Shown in pieces: positions 39,151 to 47,530 of a stretch of 64,000 bases of DNA. Source of the DNA: a candidate division WOR-3 bacterium (GTDB lineage Bacteria; Hydrothermota; Hydrothermia; LBFQ01). How positions within the stretch are numbered: the stretch's first letter is position 1; every line of letters starts with the position of its first letter. The stretch covers positions 24,128 through 88,127 of the forward strand of contig JALWYV010000001.1 in assembly GCA_027003075.1 (NCBI GenBank), read 5' to 3'. A program made the position numbers and the translations under genes. Under the pieces are notes generated by a model. It saw only the letters and a list, made by a program, of their open reading frames with translations. It was not told the DNA's origin and did not search any database.

Positions 39151-39726
39151 CTAAGGCAGAGAAGATGCGATCTTCTCCTTAATCCTCTTTAGATCCAGCT
39201 TCTCTCCGTCCCCTCTGTAAACTATCCTTCCGTCCGGGGTTACGACGTGGACGTAGTCCGTATGGGTCAGGAAGTAGACCGTGTCCCCGTTGGGAGCTAT
39301 CTCCGTCTTTCCCTTTACGGCTATCACACCCACGTCCTTTATGAACCTGCGGACCTCCTCCGGATCTCCGGTAAGGAAGATCCAGCCCGACGAGCCTATA
39401 CCGTACATACTCGCATACTTCCGCAGTACCTCAGGCCTATCCCTCTCCGGATCTATGCTCACGGACAGGAAGAGGACCTTTTCCCTCACGCTGTCGGGGA
39501 GGCTGGAGTGGAGTTTTTTGAGGTTGGCCATCGTAAGGGGACAGGCGTCCGGGCAGTGGGTATAGAAGTAACTCACGACGAGGGTACGTCCACTCAGGGA
39601 GTCAAGGGCAACCGTATCCCCCCACCGGTTGATGAAGGTATAACCCTTTCCGTACGGGAACCTCTCCGCTCCCCTCTGGCATGCGAGAAGCAGTAAGGAA
39701 AAGAACAACCACCGCCTTAACGCCAT
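39151..39726 (-). CDS. SCO1/SenC-family copper chaperone (thioredoxin fold), lipoprotein
   Basis: 'YFYTHCPDACP' is the CxxxC motif. Lipobox 'LLLLAC'. Confidence 0.8.
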   Translation of the reverse strand: MALRRWLFFSLLLLACQRGAERFPYGKGYTFINRWGDTVALDSLSGRTLVVSYFYTHCPDACPLTMANLKKLHSSLPDSVREKVLFLSVSIDPERDRPEVLRKYASMYGIGSSGWIFLTGDPEEVRRFIKDVGVIAVKGKTEIAPNGDTVYFLTHTDYVHVVTPDGRIVYRGDGEKLDLKRIKEKIASSLP

Positions 39727-39752
39727 CTATCCATCAAATCTAAGGCCGTACC

Positions 39753-40845
39753 TTAACCTTTCCCTTCCCCTTTATGGAAAAGGTAAGCCTTTATGAAATC
39801 GTCCAGTTCGCCGTCAAGAACGGCCTCGGCGTTGGAGGTCTCGTACCCGGTACGGTGATCCTTGACCAGCTTGTAGGGGTAGAGGACGTAGGACCTTATC
39901 TGGTGTCCCCACTCTATGGAGGACTTGGGTCCGGCCAGCTCCTGAAGTTTCTCCTCCTGCTTCTTCCGGTAGTACTCGTACAGGCGGGCCTTTAAAACCC
40001 GCATGGCGTTCTCCCTGTTCTGGTGCTGGGACCTCTCGCTCCTCATTACGACGGTTATTCCCGTAGGTATGTGGGTTATGCGGACGGCCGATTCCGTCTT
40101 GTTCACGTGCTGGCCACCGGCACCGCTGGATCTGAAGGTCTCAATCTTCAACTCGTCCGGCTTTATCTCTACCTCAACGTCCTTCATCTCCGGGAGTACG
40201 CCCACGGCTGCGAAGGAGGTATGTCGGCGGTTGCTGGCGTCAAACGGGGAAATGCGTACCAGACGATGTACCCCCTTCTCTCCCTTCAGGTATCCGTAGG
40301 CGTAGGGTCCCTGAATCATCAGGGTCGCAGACTTTATCCCCGCCTCCTCACCCCTCTGGTAGTCAAGGACGCTCACCCTGTACCCCCTCCTCTCGGCCCA
40401 TCGCACGTACATACGCATAAGCATCTCCGCCCAATCCTGACTCTCCGTCCCCCCTGCTCCGGGGTGGATCTCAAGGATAGCGTTCTGGTAATCCTCCTCG
40501 TTCTGAAAGAGCAGCTTTATCTGGAAATCCTCTATGGCCCTTTTCAGGTCCTCGTACTCCCTGCTCACCTCTTCGGCCACCTCCGGATCCTCCTCGGCCA
40601 GTTCGTAGACCTCCTTCAGGTAGTCTAACCTCTCCCCTATCTCCCTGAAGGTCTTCAGTCTCTCCTTCAGGACGGAAAGCTCCTGCATCACCCTGCTCGC
40701 CCTCTTCTGATCCGACCAGAAGTCCGGTTTCAGGGACTCCTCTTCCAGCTCCTTTATCCGGCTGACGAGGACATCCTCGTCAAAGATACCCCCTTATTTT
40801 CTCGTACTCCCTGACGAGATCCTCTATGTGCGACAGCAGAACCAT
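39753..40845 (-). CDS. prfB: peptide chain release factor 2, made by a programmed +1 ribosomal frameshift
   Basis: Frame-0 ORF of 21 codons (MVLLSHIEDLVREYEKIRGYL) ends in the canonical shift cassette AGGGGG-TAT-CTT-TGA-C at about 40779-40794. The +1 frame continues into the 343-codon ORF containing 'SGAGGQHVNKTESAVRITHIPTG'. Confidence 0.85.
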
Positions 40846-40885
40846 AGGTGGCAATTTTAAAGGGGAAGATTCCTGCCCGGTTCCG

Positions 40886-41689
40886 CTACTCCCCGTGGGG
40901 ATGGCCGAAGTACTTGCTCAGGAGGTCGTAGATTTTCCGGGGGTCGTGCTTCGGTACGGGATAGGTTACGGTTGTGGTCGTATCACGGTTCCATGATACG
41001 GTGTCGGAGACTGTGGCTACTGCGAAGTACTGTCCCTTCGCCCCCTTCACGTTGTCACCCTCGCCACTCCACGGTGCTGACACGAACGAGAGGAGAAAAT
41101 AGGCGTGGGTGTGCTCTATAGGAACGGGATAGGGGGAACACGCCCTGGGTACGTACACCTTAACCGTGTTCATCTCAAGGTCGGAGATGAGGGTGTCGTA
41201 CTCACCGGACTCAAAGTTCCATCCGGTATCTCTGCAGGTAATGCTGACATGGAACAGTACGAAGTCCACCTTCTCCGGATCGGGCGATTCCCACGATACG
41301 ACCATATGCTGGGAATCTATGCTCACGAGAGTGAGTTTCGGGACGGGAGGTACCTCGTTTATGGCCGAAGCCTCTCTGTCACTTCCGTTCAGATCTTTGA
41401 ACTGCAGGTTCAATTCTACCTCCTGCCCTGACGATATGGGTGGAACGGAGTCCCACACGAAGTATCCGTCCATCCACGCGCTGTATATATCTACGGGATA
41501 CCCGTTTATGCTCACCTGAGGCGTGTCGTACGGGGATATACCGAACATCCAGACGACGTGTTCCGTTGAAGTATCGTACCTGCCCGCACGGTATTCGCTA
41601 ACCGCCCGAATGAGGATCGTCGGTACATCCTTCCTGCATCCCCATCCTGCGATCACGAAGAGAACCGTGAGGATAACTATCCGCCTCAT
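40886..41689 (-). CDS. hypothetical lipoprotein
   Basis: Signal peptide 'MRRIVILTVLFVIAGWGC'. I place the start at the internal ATG at 41689. Confidence 0.45.
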   Translation of the reverse strand: MRRIVILTVLFVIAGWGCRKDVPTILIRAVSEYRAGRYDTSTEHVVWMFGISPYDTPQVSINGYPVDIYSAWMDGYFVWDSVPPISSGQEVELNLQFKDLNGSDREASAINEVPPVPKLTLVSIDSQHMVVSWESPDPEKVDFVLFHVSITCRDTGWNFESGEYDTLISDLEMNTVKVYVPRACSPYPVPIEHTHAYFLLSFVSAPWSGEGDNVKGAKGQYFAVATVSDTVSWNRDTTTTVTYPVPKHDPRKIYDLLSKYFGHPHGE

Positions 41690-41821
41690 GGTACATAATT
41701 TTAGCGCGGGTTTTAATACATTTCGGCAAAACAACCGCATATCAATTTCGTATGAATAGGATGCGTGGCAAACAACCACCTCCTTCCGGGGTCACTTTTT
41801 ACGCAACCACGAAGTGGGATA

Positions 41822-42556
41822 TTACCGCCCTAACCTGTTTCTCACCCTTCTCGCGGCCTCCCTCGCCTTTACGAAGGTGGGGTCGTATTCGGAGGCTCTC
41901 TGGAAATGCATCAGGGCGTCTTCCAGTCTATCCTGAGCGAAGGCCTCAAGACCGGCGTTGTATTCCCTGAGCGCCCTTTCCCTGTCCTTCGGCGTTATCT
42001 TCCTCCTGTACCTGCGCCTTTTGAGCTTTTTAACTACCTTTACCACAACGACCGTATCCTTCTCCACGGTTTTTACCGTATCGTAAACGGTGTCTATCCT
42101 CACGATCTCCACCACTTTAACCTTCATGTTGGCCATATTATGGACGTTCATGGCGTCGTAGATTGAGGCCGAAGCGCACCCCAGAGAGGATACTGAAAAG
42201 GCGGCGGCCGACAGGGGATCAAACGACTCGTCCTCCCTCTTGACGTAGGAAGATCCGATCAGGATGGCACAGGAGGCCGACTTAATACAGCATGAAACGG
42301 CGCCTCCCACGTACTCTCCGTACACGAAGCGGGCTATGGTCGTGGAGCTGGCGAAAAGGAAAGCCCCAAGTGAGAGTAAGGCCCCTCCGATGAGCTGACC
42401 CTGCGCGTCCTCGGACGATAGGGCCATAACCGTTCCCGTGCCGAACATTATGGCCGACAGGGCGGACGACCCGATCATGGCATAATAGGGGAGTTTGTTG
42501 GGTTTACGGACGAATACGCTGTCTTCAATACCGGAGACAAAAAGGAGGGTCAACAT
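41822..42556 (-). CDS. hypothetical membrane protein with a basic helical C-terminal region
   Basis: Three to four transmembrane segments followed by 'KLKRRRYRRK' and a TPR-like helical tail. Confidence 0.4.
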   Translation of the reverse strand: MLTLLFVSGIEDSVFVRKPNKLPYYAMIGSSALSAIMFGTGTVMALSSEDAQGQLIGGALLSLGAFLFASSTTIARFVYGEYVGGAVSCCIKSASCAILIGSSYVKREDESFDPLSAAAFSVSSLGCASASIYDAMNVHNMANMKVKVVEIVRIDTVYDTVKTVEKDTVVVVKVVKKLKRRRYRRKITPKDRERALREYNAGLEAFAQDRLEDALMHFQRASEYDPTFVKAREAARRVRNRLGR

Positions 42557-42563
42557 ATGGAGA

Positions 42564-42908
42564 TTATAAGGAAGTTCGCGGCTTTTTTCGTGGCAGGTCA
42601 GAAGTATCTATACCGTACTTGCTCAGGTAGGCCCTTACGAGAAGTTTGAAGAACTTCGTATGTTTCCCGTCCATCAGCTTAAGATGAACCAGCTCGTGTA
42701 CTATCACCTCGTGGCGGAATCGGGCGGGTTGTTTGAGCAGCTCGCTGTTTAAGGTGAGCCTCCCCCTCGTTGAGACGCTCGCCCACTTGCGTTTCATCGG
42801 CCTTACGTGTATCTCCCTCAGCCTGTCCTCAACCCCTATTCTCCTCGCCCATGTCCAGACCTCGGCGATGAGAACATCCCGCATTACGTCATCCCTCATA
42901 TCTCTCAT
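42564..42908 (-). CDS. YgjP-like (DUF45/M48-family) zinc metallopeptidase, short form
   Basis: 'HEVIVHELVHL' is the HExxH motif. It overlaps the hsdR 3' end by 20 nt, a known hsdR-associated position. Confidence 0.65.
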   Translation of the reverse strand: MRDMRDDVMRDVLIAEVWTWARRIGVEDRLREIHVRPMKRKWASVSTRGRLTLNSELLKQPARFRHEVIVHELVHLKLMDGKHTKFFKLLVRAYLSKYGIDTSDLPRKKPRTSL

Positions 42909-45804
42909 CCTCTATCCTCCTAAGTAATCTGAGTATGTCGTTCGTCCACGGCACGACGTCCTTTATTCCGGCCCCAAGGAGGATTTTGTAAATCCTCTTC
43001 CTAAGTCTCCCCTCCTGTGTGGAGCTCCTGCCCCAATAAGGGAACTCCTTCAGGGCTTCGTCTATACCGGTGGCCAGTTTTTCGGAGGTTTCTGGATCCA
43101 TTTCCTTCTGCACGCGCATCCACCACTTTACGGCGAAGGCCTTGCCGGAGAGATGGGTTTCCTTCATCTGTCTCCGGGCCTCCTTTATTTCCCTTACGAG
43201 CCTTTCCAGTTCCTTCAGGGCCTGCCTGCTGTTTATCTGTCTCTCCTCAAAGGCTTTCCTTATCCTCTCCGCCCTCTCTCCTATGGGAATGAGGTAGGGT
43301 TCTTCCCTCCCTTCCTGTGCCACCAGCCGGGCTATGGTGTTCAGGAGGTTGAACATCCTTACGGTTTCGGGTGTGTGTCTTGCCGCAAGGAGGGTCTCAA
43401 GCGTTTCGGGGGTTATCTCGTAGGTTTCGTTCAAAAAGTTAAGCTTTGACGTGTGGGTGTTCCTCTGTACTATCTCAGCCGTTTTCCTGAGGAAGGATTT
43501 ACTGACGTCAACCTTCGGATCGTAGGCGTTTCTGAGTACCCTGTACATCTCCGCCAGTTTCCTGTAGTCCTCTATGAAAGGGCGCAGGAAAGGGTCCGGG
43601 GATATTACCTCGTAGAGTTCCTGAAGTTCGCGGAAGAACCTGTAAAACTCCTCCCTCTTATCCCTGTCCCGAAACCTCTCCAACAGGGCATCGGCCATCC
43701 TGTCGGCGCTCCCCACGTTGAGAAAACTCAGGTATTCCGTTTTTCCGGCCCGTATCAGCTCCGCGAAGCGCTCCTTCAGGACGTCAATCCCCTCCACGAC
43801 CCCCTTTATGTCCTCGGAGTCAAAGGTCAGCGCCCTCTCAAGGTTGTCAAATATGCCGACGAAGTCTATTATCAGGCCGTTGGTCTTCTTGCGGCCGCTT
43901 TCGTCCTCGTAAGGGCGGTTCACTCTGGCGATGGCCTGAAGGAGGACGTGGTCCCGCATGGGTTTGTCAAGGTACATGGCGTAGAGGATAGGGGCGTCGT
44001 AGCCGGTCAGGAGTTTTTCCGTGACGATGAGGATCTTAGGGTTTTCGTCGGGTTTCCTGAAGGCCTTCCTTATGCGGGTCTCCTCCTCGTCGTTCAGGTG
44101 GTAGCGCTTCAGATGGGGAGGGTCGTTGTGGCCCCGGCTTATCACGACCTCGCTGTATTCAGGGGGCAGGTACCTGTCCAGAGCCTCCTTGTAGAGGACA
44201 CACGCCTCCCTATCCACGGCCACAAGGAAGGCCTTGTACCCCATAGGTTCAACGTTGTTTTTGAAGTGATCGGCGACGAAACGGGCGATCTTATCCACCC
44301 TCTCGCTGTTCTTCAGCATGTTTTTGAGCCTGACAGCCCTATCCAATACCCGGTTTATCTCCTCAATGTCGGCCACCCCCTCAAGGGCAGCGGCCTCCCA
44401 GAACTCCTTTTCCATGGTCACCCTGTCAACTACGAGGTCGTTCGGTGCCATCTGGTAGTAGAGGGGAACGGTCGTCCCGTCCTCTATGGACTCCTTTATG
44501 GAGTACTTGTCAAGGTAACCCCTCGGAGGGTCGTCTGCTCCGAAGACCTTGAAGGTACCCTTCCCCTTGCTCGTCTTGTCTATCGGCGTGCCGGTGAATC
44601 CTATAAACGTGGCGTTGGGGAGCGCCCCCATAAGGTAGTTTCCGAGGTCCCCGCCCGTTGATCTGTGGGCCTCGTCTATCAGGACGATTATGTTGGAGCG
44701 GGTGTTTAGATTGGCGTCCGCTTTATCAAACTTATGGATCATGGAAACTATCAGGCCGCGGGTGTCACTCTTGAGGAGTTCCCGCAGGTGTCTTTTGCTC
44801 TTCGCAACGTGAAGGTTGCCGAAGCCCACGGCCTCAAGGTTCTGGAAGAGCTGTTGCTGGAGTTCGTTCCTGTCCACTATCATGAGGACGGTGGGGTTCT
44901 CAAATCTCGGGTCCTCCAGTATCAACCTCGCAATTGTTATCATGGTGTAGGTCTTACCGGAACCCTGCGTGTGCCATACGAGGCCGCGCCGTTTTATGGG
45001 GTCTCTTGCCCTGCCTATAACCTTCCTCACAGCCCGCATCTGGTGGGGTCTCAGAACGACTTTGGAGAGTTCCCCGTCTCTGCGTACGAACAGGATATAA
45101 TCTCTCAGGACCTTCAGGACCCTCTGCGGAGATATAAAGGTTTTTACGAGGGTCTCAAAGTCCCCGGCCTGCTCATCTTTGTAATTGAACAGCGCCTTTC
45201 TGGATAGGTTCCACGTGGGTCCGTAGAAGAACCGGACCCGGTTCGTCAGGGCATATATCTGGCTCTGAACCATGAGTTCGGGGCCCTCTTCGTGGTACCT
45301 GCGTATCTGGTCGTGGGCCTCCGGTATCCCCTCCATCTTCGTGGGTGATTTGGCCTCAAGGATTATTACGGGTATGCCGTTGATGAGGAAGACGACGTCA
45401 GGCCGTATTACGGCCGCACCACTGACAAAACGGAACTCCTCCGTAACGTGGAACGTGTTGTTGCGTGGATTTTTGAAGTCAACGAGACGGACGTTCTTCT
45501 CCCTTTTCTCCACCTCAACGAAAACGGTTTTAAGGCCCTTCAGGTACTCCCACGCCTCGTAATTCCCCTCTATGTTGAGCTTCACCCTTACGAGCCTGTC
45601 TATTACCTCTTCGGCCTTTGTCCTGTTCGTTATGGTAGTGGGGTTGAGTCTCTGAAGCTGCTCTATCAGGATGCTCCGCAGTACGGGGCTGCTCTCCCCT
45701 CCCCTCAGTCTCAGGGCCTCGTCCGGAGGAAGGTACTCCCAACCCACCTCTTGAGCGTGCTGTATTATCGGGTTCTGAACGGTGTGGCGTTCGGAGAACA
45801 TCAC
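42889..45804 (-). CDS. hsdR: type I restriction enzyme R subunit
   Basis: 971 aa with an N-terminal nuclease domain and SF2 helicase motifs ('WHTQGSGKTYTM', 'IVDRNELQQQ', 'DEAHRS'). Host-like GC content. Confidence 0.9.
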   Translation of the reverse strand: MMFSERHTVQNPIIQHAQEVGWEYLPPDEALRLRGGESSPVLRSILIEQLQRLNPTTITNRTKAEEVIDRLVRVKLNIEGNYEAWEYLKGLKTVFVEVEKREKNVRLVDFKNPRNNTFHVTEEFRFVSGAAVIRPDVVFLINGIPVIILEAKSPTKMEGIPEAHDQIRRYHEEGPELMVQSQIYALTNRVRFFYGPTWNLSRKALFNYKDEQAGDFETLVKTFISPQRVLKVLRDYILFVRRDGELSKVVLRPHQMRAVRKVIGRARDPIKRRGLVWHTQGSGKTYTMITIARLILEDPRFENPTVLMIVDRNELQQQLFQNLEAVGFGNLHVAKSKRHLRELLKSDTRGLIVSMIHKFDKADANLNTRSNIIVLIDEAHRSTGGDLGNYLMGALPNATFIGFTGTPIDKTSKGKGTFKVFGADDPPRGYLDKYSIKESIEDGTTVPLYYQMAPNDLVVDRVTMEKEFWEAAALEGVADIEEINRVLDRAVRLKNMLKNSERVDKIARFVADHFKNNVEPMGYKAFLVAVDREACVLYKEALDRYLPPEYSEVVISRGHNDPPHLKRYHLNDEEETRIRKAFRKPDENPKILIVTEKLLTGYDAPILYAMYLDKPMRDHVLLQAIARVNRPYEDESGRKKTNGLIIDFVGIFDNLERALTFDSEDIKGVVEGIDVLKERFAELIRAGKTEYLSFLNVGSADRMADALLERFRDRDKREEFYRFFRELQELYEVISPDPFLRPFIEDYRKLAEMYRVLRNAYDPKVDVSKSFLRKTAEIVQRNTHTSKLNFLNETYEITPETLETLLAARHTPETVRMFNLLNTIARLVAQEGREEPYLIPIGERAERIRKAFEERQINSRQALKELERLVREIKEARRQMKETHLSGKAFAVKWWMRVQKEMDPETSEKLATGIDEALKEFPYWGRSSTQEGRLRKRIYKILLGAGIKDVVPWTNDILRLLRRIEDERYEG

Positions 45805-46313
45805 AGGAAGATATTATATACGATTTGAGCGACCATAAATATTGCCGTAACCAAATACATACAGGCAAAAATTTTGGGAATTAGTGCCTCATAAGAGGTA
45901 AACGGCTTATAAATTTTGGGATGTTTCCCTTGTTTTAATATTTCCCATTCCGCGGTATATGGCTTCACTGGTAGATAATTTTCTAAAGCATGTATAACCT
46001 TAAATTTGCCGCTATTCATTCGTTTATATGAATTTATAAGATCCCCCCATAGCATTGCTATTGCGAATCCTACTAATGAAGCGGGGATTATGAAAAGTGC
46101 ATTTGATGTTTTAAAGGAATACATTATCACCCCGAGAATGGCTGAGTTGATAGTTATGAATAAATTATTCGTCTTATGCCGTCTTTCGCTTATATTGTCC
46201 GTCATTTTTACATAAAGTTTATAAATTTCTAATAGATGATCTTCATATTTATTACCATATCTCTCTTTTTCCAAACCCCTTATAAAATTCGAAAGTTCCA
46301 ACTCCTTATGCAT
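45801..46313 (-). CDS. small three-helix membrane protein (170 aa), candidate effector partner of the TIR protein
   Basis: Three hydrophobic helices (LFITINSAILGVIMYSF, LFIIPASLVGFAIAMLWGDLI and the C-terminal IFACMYLVTAIFMVAQIVYNIFL). It overlaps the TIR gene by 8 nt and hsdR by 4 nt, and is AT-rich. Confidence 0.5.
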   Translation of the reverse strand: MHKELELSNFIRGLEKERYGNKYEDHLLEIYKLYVKMTDNISERRHKTNNLFITINSAILGVIMYSFKTSNALFIIPASLVGFAIAMLWGDLINSYKRMNSGKFKVIHALENYLPVKPYTAEWEILKQGKHPKIYKPFTSYEALIPKIFACMYLVTAIFMVAQIVYNIFL

Positions 46314-46725
46314 TTGCCCATTTTCGTATTGCTCTAACTATAGATTCTGTATTCCATCCAACAATCTCATTAGCGTTTTCCCTTACTTTTCTGGATATTT
46401 TAATCTGACCTCTTGGAACTATTGCAATAATTGGTTTAGGAATTGCAAATTCTTTCTTCGCTATTAATATTTCCTTCTGTATCCATTTACTGTATGTTGC
46501 ATATACTCCAGCCAAAACTAAAACCACATGGCATGATTTCATCTGGTTCTTTATGGCTTCATAAAGTTCTCTATCACTACCGGAGGTATGAATAGGATCA
46601 TCTGGGGGAACAGAATAATCCTTAAATTTAAAATATTTACGCTTTTGTAGGAGATTTATTAATCTCCTATAATGATCCTCATATGTCCATGAATGGCTGA
46701 TAAACAGGTTATACGTCTTTACCAT
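46306..46725 (-). CDS. TIR-like domain protein (DUF1863, Thoeris ThsB-like)
   Basis: 'YNLFISHSWTYED...' matches the ThsB 'VFFSFHYQD' start. '...SKWIQKEILIAKKEFAIPKPIIAI' matches ThsB 'RRWVRYEIMKSIEKGNKIIGI'. 139 aa and AT-rich. Confidence 0.65.
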   Translation of the reverse strand: MVKTYNLFISHSWTYEDHYRRLINLLQKRKYFKFKDYSVPPDDPIHTSGSDRELYEAIKNQMKSCHVVLVLAGVYATYSKWIQKEILIAKKEFAIPKPIIAIVPRGQIKISRKVRENANEIVGWNTESIVRAIRKWANA

Positions 46726-46748
46726 TTTTTGCCTCCTTTAGGTAGATA

Positions 46749-47528
46749 TTATAAGCCCGGATGAACGTCAAGTGGGCAGCTCTCAACCCTCCACCTGAAT
46801 ATTTCATGCTGGACCTCCACAGCCGAACGGTTATCCTTTATGACACCCGCCCACTCCCACGAGAATTCAGCTCTCTTATCCCCTTCAACGAACTTCAAAA
46901 ATCTTCTAAAGGCGATAAAATAATGCTGTACAAGTGATTTGAAAGTATCCTTCGCCTCCATCAAAACGTTCTCTTTTATGCTGATTTTATTTTCCATCCA
47001 GAACATAAAAACGAAGAGTAAAACCTCAACCTTAAGGGACAGATTTATAGAGTCTTTTAGACTCTCCGCTATCTCCGGTCTGTAGATCAAGATAATCGCC
47101 CAAACGGGATGTGAAAACATGGAACGCATAAAATCCGGGTACGTTATACTTTTGAAGTCAAAACTTTTGAATTCTTCAGGTGATTCGTTCAAGACCGTAC
47201 GGATTAGTTTGGATGAGGATTTAACGATCGGTACCAGATAGTTTTCAACATAGGGGAACATATCTATAAGCTGCGGATGGTCTTTGAACCCCTCACCAAT
47301 CCGTTCTATTCCCTCAACTATATCCACTCCCTCCCATTCTTCTGCAAGTTTAGAAAGGACAAGGAACCTTATCTGAAGCAAGGTCGTTAATATTTCCTTA
47401 TCCTCCAACATCTCTGACACATCTTCGTGGCTCTCAACCAGCTCCCTGAACCTCTCAATCAACTCCCTCCCCTTCTCGTCTTCCATCTCCTCAATCATCC
47501 CCGGCGCCAAAATCTCCAACATAGGCAC
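46749..47528 (-). CDS. hypothetical protein (259 aa) inside the defense island
   Basis: ORF with AT-rich codon usage like its neighbours. Contains an 'RELVESH' (R-x5-H) motif of uncertain meaning. Confidence 0.45.
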   Translation of the reverse strand: MPMLEILAPGMIEEMEDEKGRELIERFRELVESHEDVSEMLEDKEILTTLLQIRFLVLSKLAEEWEGVDIVEGIERIGEGFKDHPQLIDMFPYVENYLVPIVKSSSKLIRTVLNESPEEFKSFDFKSITYPDFMRSMFSHPVWAIILIYRPEIAESLKDSINLSLKVEVLLFVFMFWMENKISIKENVLMEAKDTFKSLVQHYFIAFRRFLKFVEGDKRAEFSWEWAGVIKDNRSAVEVQHEIFRWRVESCPLDVHPGL

Positions 47529-47530
47529 GT

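Noticed and set aside
45801-46313. Considered calling the 170-aa membrane protein a ThsA with a Macro domain (type II Thoeris)
   Set aside because: It is far too short for a Macro domain and lacks any Gly-rich nucleotide-binding motif. It is left as a novel, minimal membrane partner.
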